56,178 nucleotides of DNA from assembly GCF_001194135.2 (NCBI RefSeq), contig NC_068990.1, positions 1,893,838 through 1,950,015 on the forward strand, in the 5' to 3' direction. Source of the stretch: Octopus bimaculoides (lineage: Eukaryota). The translations under genes were made by a program, and so were the position numbers. The notes below the pieces were generated by a model. That model worked only from the letters and a program-made list of their open reading frames with translations. It made no database searches and was not told the DNA's origin. Positions 1-14,163 of this stretch are shown here, one piece after another (the stretch's first letter is position 1; each line of letters opens with the position of its first letter).

Positions 1-260
1 CCTCCCCATTGCTACCACTATTGCTGCGGCTGCTGCTAATTTGGTAACATTTAATGCACACTGTCAACAAATCTCACTTTTCCTGCCATTTAATCTTCAC
101 ATGTATAAACATCTTAAACAATGACATCATCAACCCCCCCCCCACCACTTCCCATCCATACACACGTAGACATACAGATACGCATGCACCACACTTACAC
201 ATTTTGTCTTGCTATTCACTGATATTAAAATATTGTATTTCTTTAATTCTATCTTTCCAG

Positions 261-389
261 CAATACAGCTCAGTGAACAAGAACTTGTTATGGCTGCGAA
301 ATCAAAACAAATCCTCACCATAGTCGTTGTGCCGCCTGCCCATGGAACATTTCAGTTTACCATTTCTTACAAACTCATACTCAACGAAG
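261..389 (+). CDS. CFAP65: CFAP65-like internal exon A (phase 1-1): IQLSEQELVMAAKSKQILTIVVVPPAHGTFQFTISYKLILNE
   Basis: Acceptor ctatctttccag and donor AAG|gtattt; 129 nt open. Splices in frame to exon B (G+AT=Asp). Resembles recalled human CFAP65 LQLDRTEGSMPPRSQDTICLTACP...YSWTITYSLL; homology is from memory, not a search. Confidence 0.8.
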
Positions 390-459
390 GTATTTCATGC
401 ACCATTGGACACTAGACACATTTGCATGTACTTGTGTATATTTGTGCATACATATGTAC

Positions 460-505
<46 letters not shown>

Positions 506-634
506 ACATATGTATATGCACACACACACATATATATGTATATATGCATATATACATATTCAATATACTTATATATACACGTGTGTGTATTCATGTCTGT
601 AGATAAATATATATGTGTATATAAATATACATGT

Positions 635-697
<63 letters not shown>

Positions 698-936
698 ATA
701 CACACATACACTCACACACTCACACACAGACATACACACACAAACATTTGTACGTGCATTTTTTTTTACTGGTGCAAAAAATTGTTTGTAAAAGAGAAAA
801 GATAGAACTCAGCATGAGATTTAGAATTTTTATCTTTTATTGAAAGCTGGAATTTTCCTAGCACACTTCTCTCAGATTTACATTTCCAATTTTCTGAAGT
901 TCTCAATATATGATTCCTTTCTTGAAGGGCAAATCT

Positions 937-969
<33 letters not shown>

Positions 970-1154
970 TGGCAGTTGTTAATTCACTATCTTCATTAGA
1001 CATTTAGTTGCAATATTTGCCTACTGTAGTTCTCGATGTCATTAGACATGTTTTTTATGCAGCAGTTTTCCTTATCTTACTTTTTTTTGTGTGTTGTTCA
1101 TGTTGTTGAATATATTAAATTTATGCCAATTTTTTAAGGCATTTTCATTTAGAA

Positions 1155-1374
1155 CAGTCGTTCTCAACCATGTTTTACTTATGGACCCCATTGCCATTTG
1201 ATATTTTTTAACAATCCTATTATATATTTCATAATTAAATAGGAATAGTATAAAAAAATGTTCAAAACAATTTGTGTATTGTAGAAGTATTACCAATTTA
1301 CTGCCCATTAATTTTAACAACAAAATCTTTTATGAACCTGCAAGGGCCTTACAGACCCTGGTTGAGAACCACTG
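1155..1374. mobile_element. hAT-type MITE, 220 bp
   Basis: TIRs CAGTCGTTCTCAACC / GGTTGAGAACCACTG (14/15). Perfect 8-bp TSD ATTTAGAA at 1147-1154 and 1375-1382. Confidence 0.9.
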
Positions 1375-1887
1375 ATTTAGAATATATTATAACATAGCAT
1401 ATTACATCAATGTTTTGCGATGGGTTATACCATATAGCATTTCCTTTTTACTTTTTGCGGGGCAAGGTAGGGCTGTTTCTAGATGGTGTGGGAAGATCTT
1501 CATTCTTTCTTGGTTGTGTAGTATTGTGGAACTCTACAGCCTTATTGAATATGGCTTTGTTGGGGATAATGTGCTTATCCTTTTGCTGATGATCAGTAGA
1601 ACATGCTTGATAACACTCAGAAGGTAGTTAGGCTGGGTGTAATGCAGAGATCTATGCTTTCTTGAAGAGTTCCTCTGAGTTTGAGTTTGACGAAGCATGA
1701 CATCAAGAAAGTTTACTACTATGCAGCTCACAGCAACCTTCAGACACAATTTATTGAATGTTGTATTTGTTTCTTGAGAGTAACAATCATTTATTCATTT
1801 TCATTGTTTGAAATAATACTGTGTAATACAATTTTTGTTCTTGGAAAGCAATTGTTATTTCCTATTTGCTTACCCTTAGAAAGTAGG

Positions 1888-2440
1888 AAAAATGGCTAAT
1901 ATTTCTTTCAAACTTACCCTTTTTTTATGATATTTATTGAAACCCCTGAGAATCACTCTCAACAGATGACAATGATGCTCTCACACTTCTTCTGCTCATG
2001 ATCAAAGACACACATATTGTCAGCCACTAAAAGACCTCCTCAAGTGGTCAAGGTTAAGCAACTGACAAGCAAATCTGTAGTATTGAGCAGAATATTTGCT
2101 ATAATGATATTTCTGCTTTAACAACTCCACATTGAATCAGTCCAAAATGTAATGGAAAGCATAAAAATGGGTAATATTTCCTTTAAATTTTGCTTTTGTT
2201 ACATTTATTCAAACCCACAAAGAATCCCTCTCAGCACATGGCTATGATGCTCCCCCACTACTCCTGACCATGATCAGGAGATGCACATATTGTCAACCGC
2301 TCCTGGACATGCTTAAGTGGTTACAGTCAAGCAAATGACAAGCAAATCTGGTATCGTGCAGAATATTTGCTATAACAATATTTCTGCTTCACTGAATCTG
2401 TCTGAAATGAAATGGAATCTGTCTGAAATGAAACGGAAAA
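1888..2440. repeat. Two diverged tandem copies (about 275-bp period) of an interspersed repeat, probably retroposon-derived
   Basis: Shared blocks taatatttc..., catattgtca, gacaagcaaatctg and gcagaatatttgctataa recur 275 bp apart. Confidence 0.75.
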
Positions 2441-3991
2441 CAATTCAGTTATAAAACATTGATGTCCAGGTTAAACAAGCAAAGTTTGAAAGAAATAGCA
2501 ATAATTTCCTTTGATTTCTAGATAGATGCAAATAGGAAATAACACTTATTGACCAAAGACGAAAAAAATAAATATTTTGTTACACAGGGTAATGAATGTG
2601 TTATTACTTACTGTATGCTAATACCTTTAAAAGAGCTGCTCACATGATTGAGCAGGAAAAACACCCTATCAACTCATGTAATTTAGTCCCATTAAAGCTC
2701 CCCTATACTGACGTCACAGGTCACTCGTTCTGATTTTCTTAACTCAGCAAGCATCTTTATAAAAAGATACTATGTTCTGGCATTCATACTAACCTGCAGG
2801 TTGTTTGCATGATGTCAATGAATTTCTTTGTGAAACCCTTGGAGTTTTAAAGAAGATTACCTCACACGAATGGATAATAATCAATAGCATTAAATCAGAT
2901 AAATTTGTAGGTTTTAAAATTTCTAAATCATGTGAGGAACATTGAAATTCCAAGATCACCTTGTTACAGTGTATACTTTAAGATTGTTTAACCACCTCTG
3001 TCACAATTCAATGTGGCAAGATTATTGGGTCTACATTTGGATGAGATTTATTTAGTTATCAATTTTTTTTTTAACGCTCAGATCTCTGATGGTGAAGCAT
3101 TTAAGTTCATCTTGGAAGTCATGTGACAAGCTTTTGTTGATTTCATTGCACGTGTTCTTGCCAGTTGTTTTGTTTGACTTGCTAAAGCTAATCCATAAAA
3201 TGCAAAAGGCTATTAATCGGCAAGGGGAAATTTATGTGCTAAGTTCTTTATTTTATATTTGTGCTGGCTGTCATTAGCAGCTGAGACAAAGTACAAGACT
3301 ATCATACATCCATCTTTGCCAGCACAAACCACACACACACAGACAGAAGAATATATTTAAGTTTATATATACATCTACATACAGATTCATACACCCATAT
3401 ACATTGTAACCTGAACCAGCAAGAAATCAAGTTTACAAGATAAATATATTTACTACTTGAAGTTTCAACACTTGAATAAACATGATAATGTTCAGAATTA
3501 TCATGTTCAATAGGATTGACCAGGCAAATTCAATGAGATATTACTTCCATAGAGCCACCATTAAAATAGGTGGCTTGTTCCTGCCATGTGTAGTAAAATG
3601 TATTGAATAATCATAAGTAATATATTAGCAAAGTGTTATAACATTTTCATAGTGCTGCTTAAAATGCTTCGTGTAAGCTGCTATTTCTTACATTTTGAGC
3701 AACCACTTAGAGGCTCATTGACTTCTAGTTATTGTTGTCGTTTTAGGTGTTAAGAGAGTTACGTAGTTAATGGCAAGATAAGTTAATATAGATTCTGGCA
3801 ATATCATTTAGATGGTAGAGATAATTAGTAACCATCGCAGAAGATAAGCCAATAATTTGATGACAAACAATAAATATAAACAATAGCAAGGAACGAGAAA
3901 CTATCAATTTCTGTCTTTGATATTTGAGATAATATTTGTATGTTTATGTGACCTCTCTACTGTCCAAAAATATAACAAAATTATAAACAAA

Positions 3992-4029
<38 letters not shown>

Positions 4030-4463
4030 TGTATAGATGTGTGTGTATGTGTATGTATGTATATATATATATATATATATATANNNNNNNNNNNNNNNNN
4101 NNNNNNNNNNNNNNNNNNNNNNNNNNNNNNNNNNNNNNNNNNNNNNNNNNNNNNNNNNNNNNNNNNNNNNNNNNNNNNNNNNNNNNNNNNNNNNNNNNNN
4201 NNNNNNNNNNNNNNNNNNNNNNNNNNNNNNNNNNNNNNNNNNNNNNNNNNNNNNNNNNNNNNNNNNNNNNNNNNNNNNNNNNNNNNNNNNNNNNNNNNNN
4301 NNNNNNNNNNNNNNNNNNNNNNNNNNNNNNNNNNNNNNNNNNNNNNNNNNNNNNNNNNNNNNNNNNNNNNNNNNNNNNNNNNNNNNNNNNNNNNNNNNNN
4401 NNNNATATACATATGTATACACCCTCTCTGTCTCTTTCCTACAACCCCTCCACATGCCATGTA

Positions 4464-4543
<80 letters not shown>

Positions 4544-5029
4544 TTTATATACATATATATATATATGCACATATACTGTTAAATTGTCTTGTCATTTGAA
4601 GATAAATAGGGTGTTAAGTTGGCAGAATCAGTAATAAACTGGTTAAATGCTTATAATTTTAGCCAATCAAGGACCCTCCTTTCTGTTACTTGGATTATTA
4701 GGAATAGCAAAGCAATAAATTATTATGAATAGCAATGTTCTACTATCTTTAATAAGAAAGGCAGATTGTGTGATGTGGTTCCAGATATCACTAAACTGAC
4801 AGATCGGTAATGGCTGGTATACCTTAACCCACAGATCAGTTTGGTTTTCATGGGTACCAACCATCATCAGTACTACTTACAACAACATATAATCAACTGC
4901 TTTGTTCTTTAGTCTGAGACCAAATTAATCTTTCATTTCCTCTGTGTTTATTAATTAGGTTTCATTAATATGTTGAGCTGATGGTGTTTAACATAGTTTC
5001 TAATTATTATCTATTCATCTGATCAGGCA

Positions 5030-5245
5030 ACTTCCTCTGTCCAATACAACTCTTTCATGTCAGATGACCCAATCTTCCAGAGCAGTTTTCTTATCCTTAA
5101 CTTGATATCCAGTGTCCTCCATAAATTGATTAATGTATACTCTTCTTGGTCTGTCATTACCTGTTTGTCCATGCATAGATTTCTTGAGGAGTTCACTAGA
5201 TATTTCATCCTTGCTTCTCTAACAGTGTCCTGCATAATATGTTCC
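5030..5245 (-). mobile_element. Decayed RTE-clade LINE ORF C-terminal fragment
   Basis: Minus strand reads YAGHC*RSKDEISSELL...HG...RPRRVYINQFMEDTG...ALEDWVI*HERV. This is the RTE AGHCxRS / GRP / DTG C-terminal pattern, with stops at Trp positions. Confidence 0.8.
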
Positions 5246-5685
5246 TCTTTCTTTGATTACTGATGTGATGGTTGGAAGACAGCCATATTATTCGACTAGC
5301 TTTAATATAGTTAATATAAGATGTGTTAAAATGTTAACTAGAATTAAAAAAGGCAAATAGAAGGAAAATAGAAGAGAGAAATCCTTTTTTTGGTGGGGGA
5401 AATAGCACAAGAGATAACTGAAGCCATGTTTTGGTATTATTGTGATCTCTGCAGGGAAGGATAACTTATTAAGTAATCATGACAGAATCCTTATATATAT
5501 ATATATATGTATTAGATTGTATGTTTTTTTGTGCAGTAAATTGGAATGGTTCAGAAATTAATTAAACATCTCCATTTTCTCCTCCTTGTGATAAATAATG
5601 TTTATGTTAGTGTTATCATATTGAATGCAGCAATCATTAAGAAGCAAACAAGAAAAATGATTGATATTATTTTTGCCTTAATTAA

Positions 5686-5888
5686 GGCAGTGAGCTGGCA
5701 GAATTGTTAGCACACCAGGCAAAATGCTTAGCAGTAGTTCGTTTGTCACTACGTTCTGAGTTCAACTTTGCCTTTCATCCTTTCGGGGGTCAATTAAATA
5801 AGTGCCAGTTACATGCTGGGGTTGATGTAATTGACTTAATCCCTTCCCCCAAATTTGAGGTCTTGTACTTCCAGTAGAAAGAATTATT
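5686..5888 (+). mobile_element. tRNA-headed SINE family A (core gcctttcatcctttcggggtc...aagtaccag), CpG-decayed
   Basis: Head ggcagtgagctggcagaattgttag; same body as the copies at 19.0, 20.9, 44.5 and 51.2 kb. Confidence 0.85.
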
Positions 5889-6501
5889 TTTGTGGTAATT
5901 GCTAGCCTGAGGGATAACTCAGAACATATTTTGCTCATTTCCTCACCTCCTCAGCAAATGACAGCCTTCTTCCACTGAGAGCCTCTAATGGCTATTTTGA
6001 GAAACTTACTAGGTGATTTGCTGTGGTTAGTGGTTAGTTGTTCATAATGGTATCCCCAGTGTTGTTCTGTTTAGTTGTCCAAGATATATATTTACAGTTC
6101 ACAATGTCCTTGATCACTTAGCTGAATGTTGGCTTCACAGGATAGCATATATGGCTTCACTGATGCAAGTATTACAACTGGCTGCCACTCACAAGTGAGG
6201 CGAGTATGATCTGGCAATATGGACTATGCTTTTGTTAATTGTTTTAGGTGTTTATGTTGTTGTGAACTGCTATAGATTCCCTCTTAACCTTTTCACCCTT
6301 GACCCAATAGAACATCTATGATGTGACAGCTGGAACGTGTGTAAGTATGTGTGTGAGAGAGAAAAAGAAAGAGAGAGGGGGAGGGAGAAAGTGGGAGGGG
6401 GGATAGAGAGAGAGAAAGAGAGAGCTGTACCAGTACTCAACTGTTATTCATTACCATTGATTAGTAATCAATGGTAACGGTTCCCATTATCATTGATTAC
6501 T

Positions 6502-6760
6502 CAGTGGTTCCCAAAGTGGGCAGTACTGGCCCCTTGGGGGTTGTGGAAAGATCCAGGGGGTGGGCATTGAATAAAAGTGGGATGATGTTAAAAGAAAATA
6601 TTAATTGGTTAATTAGGTTTAAGTTTTATTTGTGAAATACAGTTGTTTTGAATTTTCTGCAGAAAGTGATCTATATTTATGATTGGAAGGGCAAGTGGGT
6701 GCTATGAGTGCGGCCTGGATGCCAAGGGGGCGGCATCCTGAAAAAGTTTGGGAACAACTA
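6502..6760. mobile_element. Decayed hAT-type MITE
   Basis: Ends CAGTGGTTCCCAAA ... TTTGGGAACAACTA are imperfect TIRs; no TSD retained. Confidence 0.65.
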
Positions 6761-7230
6761 AATTAGAGCAATGTGAAATGAAGTGCCTTGCTCAAGGAAA
6801 CAACATGCTGTTTGGCACAAGAATTGAACTGGTGACCTTATGATCATGAGCCATAGACATATGTAATGACTAGCCACATATCTTCACAGTGAAAGTAATG
6901 GCAGTATTATAAAAGGGAGAGAGATACAAAGAGCAGGAAAGTGTCATGGACAATGACTAAGAGAGAGAGAGAGAGAAGAAAAGAGAGCAGCAGAAAGAGA
7001 AACAGAAGGAGAGAGAAAGGGAAAGATAGAGAGAGGGGGAGAGAGAGAAAGGGAAAGATAGAGAGAGGGAGAGAGAGAGAGAGATTGAATAGGACAAAGA
7101 AACTATAAAACAAATCCTTCATTTGTGGCTGTAGTGAACATTATTATCTACTTTGTGTTAAATTTAGATGTTGTCTGAAAACAAAAATAAATAAATGGGA
7201 ATCTGTTGAAATGGTGTTCTTATTTTTCAG

Positions 7231-7387
7231 ATGTCGTAAAAGACCCAAGTGCCATAGAATACAAGCATTTATGCCATCTCTTGATGACAGGCGTATATCC
7301 ACTAGTTACTGTAACTGACATCCAGGGAAGACAAAGTGCCAGAGGGATCAGAAAAAGGCGACTGTGGAGTTCGTTTTCTATTGATTG
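7231..7387 (+). CDS. CFAP65: CFAP65-like exon B (phase 1-2): DVVKDPSAIEYKHLCHLLMTGVYPLVTVTDIQGRQSARGIRKRRLWSSFSID
   Basis: Acceptor tatttttcag and donor TTG|gtgaga; 157 nt. Matches recalled CFAP65 LCCVSLVAVYPLLSILDV...GITRKHLWRLFSLD. Confidence 0.9.
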
Positions 7388-7882
7388 GTGAGAATATATA
7401 TTTTAGTGTAAATTTTGATGTTTTGATTATTTTCTGTATCTCCTCTATTTTAGATACAATGAATCTGTAATGATAGAATGAATAGACTGTGTGCCTCAAT
7501 CTTTGTTGTTATTTTTTTCTTTAGACTTAGCATATGTCTTGAATGAATAGAGGGCTTTCAATACTATTTTCTGAGGCTTCTTTTTATTGGTTTTTCTATT
7601 GTGGATATATGTAAGCTGTTTATAAGAGCTACAGCCACACTACCTTTATTTTTCTTTCTCCCCATTGTACTGTAAACTATGCTGGTGTATATAATTTGTG
7701 TTTTAAAATACTTGGTCTTCGTAGCTTAAAACTAATTGGCAGTTTTTGCATAAGTTTTAGGTGTTTATTCACAGTTAATCATGTTACAGCACAGTTTTTT
7801 TTTTATCACTTACACAACCTTTTCTTCTTATTTATATGTTATTTTCTTTGAAGTTACAGTTTTATTATTTTTGGAAGGGTAG

Positions 7883-7916
<34 letters not shown>

Positions 7917-7949
7917 CACACACACACACATACATATGTATATATATAC

Positions 7950-8032
<83 letters not shown>

Positions 8033-8092
8033 TGTANNNNNNNNNNNNNNNNNNNNNNNNNNNNNNNNNNNNNNNNNNATGTGTGTATATAT

Positions 8093-8140
<48 letters not shown>

Positions 8141-10162
8141 TCTTGTGTGAGATAAAACTTTCTTATAATTGTTGTATACATCATCGTAATTTCTGCATAT
8201 GTTTACATAATTTATTCTAACATTTCTCTTAAATGAACCTTAAATTTTATTTCCTGCAAATGCTTCTCTTAATTTGCTTTGTGTAACATAAACCTTATTC
8301 ATAATGTTTGCATAACTTTGTCATAATTTATGTGCGCCTCAGTCTTTGTCTTTTTCTAGAGATTTAGCATATATCTTTGAAGTTGCCACCTACTTTCTGC
8401 CAAACATGTTATCTCTTAAATTTTATACATTTATGATTTAGGTTATGGTTTCCTTGATCAATGTGTTGTGAGTGTATCTCTCATTTTTGGCTACATTTTG
8501 TTTTACCTTTATATGAATCACAAATTGCAAATTCATTAAAATTTTATAGCAAATTTAAGAAAACACACAGAATTAATTTTTCTGTTAGATATAATATTTG
8601 TACTGAAGTTAGAAATAGCCCCAAAATCTTTAACAAAAGAACTAGAAATATCCACTGGATGAATGAAAATTACTGCTGAATCTCTGATTGTTAATCACAA
8701 AATTGTTTCTCAGATTTTGCTTCAAAGAAAAGATATGGCACATGCACAAGTTTCAAGTGTCCTCAGAAATTGTGAGTTTCATGGAATTGATCATCTTCCA
8801 GGGCTGGTACTACATTTTAAGCATTCTAAGCAATCACTTAGAGTGCATAAACCTGGATTCATTGAAATGAATCTAGACAACTTAAACAAAATGTTTTAAT
8901 CTTCATCACATACTGTCATGGACTACATTAATTTTCATCTGCCTCACACATGATTATTTTAAAGTTGTGGAGTTAATAAGATATCATAGTTTAATTTTGT
9001 AGCTTTATCCTATTAGAATTTTCATTAGTAAATGTCTAGTTACTATAAAGATATTACCATTTGTTCGGGTACTGTGTCAGAGTTTCTCGGCAATTATACA
9101 TTTCATAAATTGTAGAAAATATCCCCAATAAATCTTGCTGGTTACTGCACTTAGATATGTCAGTGTATTCAAATTGTCATTTGAATACACTGACATATCT
9201 CTCATACATATCTATAATGTATTATTATCTCTGCTCCTACAAACCTTCATTCATGTGTTCAAGTGTTATGCTTCAAACAAACTTAACTATTGAACGAAAT
9301 AAAAGATGCAGTCAAAGCTATTACTTGGTGAGACATGTTTGAATGTATGTTGTAAATGACTTTAATCTATAAAGAAAATTGGAGATCAAATTGAAAATAA
9401 AATGCATTTGTGTGATGCCTAAAGCCATCTTAACTATGGAATAAAGTCAAAGACATAATCAAAATCTTAAATGTAATGAAACAATTTCAAATATTACGTT
9501 TTGAATACACTTAACTATGGAATAAAATTGAAGACATAATTGAAATTATTAAACCAATGAAATACTTTTATAGAAATCTATAAATTTATGCACCAAAACA
9601 GACATAAGTATAGTATAGTCATAAAAGATAGCATGTTCCATGGATCTTGCTAGTCAAGAATAAAGTAGGAGGGAGGTGAAATACAGGACTAAATTTTCCA
9701 AAATGTTTAACCTCATTCCAATACATTATCATTCAATTTCTACCATTTATGACGTAGCTTCTCCTCACTGGGTTCAGTAAAACAAAACCAAGAATTTATT
9801 GAGGTCATTTCAAATAACTACATATTTCTCCTACAAATCTGTCATCTTAAGTTGATTGTGTAGTAAATTCTTATGCTTGATGGACCATGGAAACTTTACA
9901 TAATGATATATGTTTCAAATATTGATGCCTCATATTTTCACAGCCTCCTACAATTTTCAGAATATTATAATATTCTTGTTGGGAAATTTACATTTATTTC
10001 CAAATGTTGATAAATACAATAACAATTTAGGTTAGTTTTATTTCTATAAACACATTATTTATTTGACTAGCTAGACCCGTGAAAAATTCACGAAAAACAA
10101 AAAATGTAAGCGTCTATAAACAGTGTACTGGTGCCATGAGAAATGTTTGTATATTATGACTG

Positions 10163-10302
10163 TCTGTCTTTACATTCTGAGTTCAAATTCTTCCAAGGTC
10201 GACTTTACCTTTCATTCTTTTGGGGTCAATAAATTAAGTACCAGTTGTGTACTGGAGTCAATCTAATCAACTGACCTCCGCCCCACAAAATTTCAGGCCT
10301 AG
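10163..10302 (+). mobile_element. 5'-truncated SINE family A
   Basis: ttctgagttcaaattc...tttacctttcattcttttggggtcaataaattaagtaccag core. Confidence 0.8.
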
Positions 10303-10485
10303 AAAAGTATATTGTGACAGTTACAGAATATAGAAAGTAACGTAACACCAATGACTATATAATCCGACCAAAATATCTCAGTTACACAAACGTAAACAGA
10401 ATTACTATTTAACCTTAGAATACATCGGACATATTCAAAGAACCATCTTGGTTTAGTGGTACGGAACGTTCTTCTGGTATTCTTT

Positions 10486-10745
10486 GATTCTCTTACTCGT
10501 TTCAGTCATTTGATGGTGGCCATGCTGGAGCACCACCCTTTAGTCAAAGAAACTGACCCCTGGATTTATTCCCTGTTAGCCTGGTGCTTATTCTATCAGT
10601 CTCTTCTGCTGAACAGCTAAATTACAGGGATGCAAATGCACCTACATTGGTTGTCGAGCAATGGGGGTGGTGGGACAAACACAGACACACACACAGACAC
10701 ACACATATACATACATACATACATACATACATACATACATTCATG

Positions 10746-10760
<15 letters not shown>
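10486..10760 (-). mobile_element. SINE family B, 3' portion with (CA/TACA)n
   Basis: tttcagtcatttga..ggccatgctggagcacc motif shared with the copies at 30.1, 40.3, 40.7, 47.6 and 53.4 kb. Confidence 0.8.
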
Positions 10761-10790
<30 letters not shown>

Positions 10791-10844
10791 ACTTGGGGAT
10801 GGTCATATTCCCAGTTTAGCCAATATATATATATATATATATAT

Positions 10845-11515
10845 NNNNNNNNNNNNNNNNNNNNNNNNNNNNNNNNNNNNNNNNNNNNNNNNNNNNNNNN
10901 NNNNNNNNNNNNNNNNNNNNNNNNNNNNNNNNNNNNNNNNNNNNNNNNNNNNNNNNNNNNNNNNNNNNNNNNNNNNNNNNNNNNNNNNNNNNNNNNNNNN
11001 NNNNNNNNNNNNNNNNNNNNNNNNNNNNNNNNNNNNNNNNNNNNNNNNNNNNNNNNNNNNNNNNNNNNNNNNNNNNNNNNNNNNNNNNNNNNNNNNNNNN
11101 NNNNNNNNNNNNNNNNNNNNNNNNNNNNNNNNNNNNNNNNNNNNNNNNNNNNNNNNNNNNNNNNNNNNNNNNNNNNNNNNNNNNNNNNNNNNNNNNNNNN
11201 NNNNNNNNNNNNNNNNNNNNNNNNNNNNNNNNNNNNNNNNNNNNNNNNNNNNNNNNNNNNNNNNNNNNNNNNNNNNNNNNNNNNNNNNNNNNNNNNNNNN
11301 NNNNNNNNNNNNNNNNNNNNNNNNNNNNNNNNNNNNNNNNNNNNNNNNNNNNNNNNNNNNNNNNNNNNNNNNNNNNNNNNNNNNNNNNNNNNNNNNNNNN
11401 NNNNNNNNNNNNNNNNNNNNNNNNNNNNNNNNNNNNNNNNNNNNNNNNNNNNNNNNNNNNNNNNNNNNNNNNNNNNNNNNNNNNNNNNNNNNNNNNNNNN
11501 NNNNNNNNNNNNNNN
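10845..11515. other. Largest assembly gap (others: 4084-4404, 8037-8078, 14695-14704, 17431-17798, 24086-24163, 31535-31618, 47979-48040)
   Basis: N runs, each bordered by simple repeats, typical of a short-read assembly. Confidence 0.98.
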
Positions 11516-11560
<45 letters not shown>

Positions 11561-11724
11561 CGGTCTTGGAGGTAGTGGTGATGCTGGCGGTGTGATTATG
11601 ACAACTTAACGATTGTCCTAGACTATATATATAAATTTCTCTACTTTCATAATATCGAGGTCTTGTTCTTTTATTGTCATTTTATTATTATTAATTAATA
11701 TATGTATATATATATAATGAGAAT

Positions 11725-11835
11725 TTACGAAAAACACAAAAGAAGAAGATGGGTGTATAAACAACAAACAGATGTATTAGTTTAATGCTTGGGAAGTAAG
11801 AAAGTCTTTTACACTTCGAGCCTATGCTCTTCAAC
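11725..11835. mobile_element. Possible Penelope-like element terminal fragment
   Basis: aaacaacaaacagatgtattagtttaa...aagtcttttacacttcgagcctatgctcttc resembles a recurrent cephalopod repeat end. The class assignment is from memory only. Confidence 0.35.
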
Positions 11836-14147
11836 TTTCTCTCTCACTCCACTCTCTTTCTTTCTGTTTTACTTCCTCTCTGAAACATTTAGAAGCACAA
11901 AACGTACGCTGTCACCTCTGATGTCTCTTTCACTCTCTCTCTTTCTCTCACTCTCTCTCTTTCTCTCACTCTCTCACTTTCTCTTTCTTTCGCTCTCACA
12001 CTATCTCACTCCCTCTCTCTTTCTCTCTTACTTCCTCTCTCTCTTCCTCTCTTGCTTTGCCACTTCAAAGAAGTGTGACGCACACAACAGGTACGCACAA
12101 AAACAAAAAGTTAGTGTATTATATTATTGATAATAACTGCATTTACCAAAGCATGACTGTCACTAGCAAGTGAGTATGACCTGGTCGCATGTATTGTGCA
12201 TTCAGTATCTGTTTTAGGGGTCTAACTATTTTAGTCACAAGCAGAGAGAGAGAGACACCCATTTGATTCTCCTGTTCCTTGACCCTGCAGAACATTGAGG
12301 ATGTGATAAATGGACAAAGAAAGGGATGCAATAACATTATACTGGATTTAGGATCAAAGCATAACATGTAGAGTTGGCTATTTTACATTATACAAATAAT
12401 TGCCTTCAAGAGAGATTCATAAATTGCATGCCTTATTGGGGTGTATGTGTGTTTATTGTATTATTTCCAAGTCAGCTCTGATCGAGGAAGTATAGGATGA
12501 AAGGCATTTCATCCTTTATTCATGCACATCTAGTACCACACTAGATATACAAGGTGCTAATGTGTGATCTGAGGGAATTTGGCTGCTATTTCAAGCAAGT
12601 TGGTCAATGGATTGGGTTTTATGTTAGTCCAGTATATTAGGCAATGTGACTGTTAGTGTTCAAGTCATATTGGAATTTCAAGTTGAAACACTTAGATTTT
12701 CCATAAAATATTTCTGTGTCCTTAACAATAAAATGCTATAATTAGCTTTATAGTGAAATATTTTAGTATGCATTTTAATAGAATACAATAGTATAATTTT
12801 TAATTAAATACAGTATTGTGACTTTTAATGATGTACTGTAATGTACATTTTAATGTACATTACAGAAGCATAATATTTATAATGAAAGAGTATAATGTAT
12901 ATTTTATTAAAATATGACAATATGATTTTTAATGAAGTACTTAATGTTATGTAGCTTTTAACGAAATAATGATGCTGCATTCAAGCAAATTGCTTAAGAA
13001 CCATAATATTATGAAAAGCGATACAGTTTGAAATGATGTAGTGTAGGTGGTGATTCAACCTACACTGGCTAACTACTGTTGTCATGACGACTGTAAATAC
13101 CAAACTTTGGTCTGATAAGAAACGGTTGAAGGTAGTACAACGTTTAAGCATGGCATACTGGGCTGTTGCCCACTGGCCTCTCAGATCTAAGGGCCCAGTT
13201 CTAAACTATGTTTGATGTGGCCTGCTGTCAATAGGTAAATACTACAGTCCCAGTGTCTTGATTTGCACAGGGGTCCATAATGCTACTAAGTCGCCCTGGT
13301 TCATATTCACTATTATTTAAACTTAAATTTACAAAAATCAAATCAAAAGTGAAACTACATTAATAGTATTAGTAATTCTTGATTATTAAGAATTATTAAT
13401 AATAGTAATAATATTAATACTTCTTGAGAGATATTTCAGTTTCTTGTTTATTCTTTTGATCTCCTCTTTAGTTATTAACTACTATCGTACTGTGTGACCC
13501 TGTCTTCAAGATAAGAGCTCTCAGCGAATGTATTAGATCAAAGTAAGGGTGGATTAGTCTAAGAAAGTTTTTAATTACATCTATTGGTGTTTAACTTCAA
13601 AATTCTTTCAAACGAAGATGTGGATGGTGTAACTTATTCACTCTCTGTCGCTTTCACTCATCTTTTCGCGAAGAATTTGTTGAATCTTTAGTAATGATAC
13701 ACACTGCGATAAGCACTTTAGTATAATGTGTTTATTAAGACTGTATAGGTCGTATTATAAACTTCATATAACCTAGTAGCATTTCAGTCATATCTCATGA
13801 GAAAAACCGATATTTATGTTAGAAGTGAATATTTCAATGATATCTAGTGGTGAGCAAGTATTATCATTTTGGCCAAGAATATAGTTTAGTGAAATTTCAT
13901 TTATCAGTTAAAACTAATTTACTTCACTTACACACGTGATACACCTGGGAAAATGCATGAATATTGCAATATCCCATGTATCATGCTTAGAAATATTGAT
14001 ATTGATAATTTGTAGTGTTGCAGAGAAAAGCAATATTTTTCATAAAATTCTCAATGAAAACCATATCAGCTTGCTTGTAAAATACACCTTTGTAAATTTT
14101 ATGTACCTTTTCTTATTGATGCTGTGTAATATTTCTTATTATTTCTT

Positions 14148-14163
14148 TTATTCATTTATCTAT

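Noticed and set aside
327-843. ORFs rich in YI, CV or TH dipeptides (also at 3.9-4.6, 7.8-8.2, 10.6-11.6, 17.3-17.9, 31.3-32.3 and 39.1-39.4 kb)
   Set aside because: They are translations of (AT)n, (GT)n and (CA)n microsatellites and N-gaps.
2611-3200. Minus-strand donor-like sites with short open frames
   Set aside because: The implied introns are too short or the frames close quickly; no coherent exon chain.
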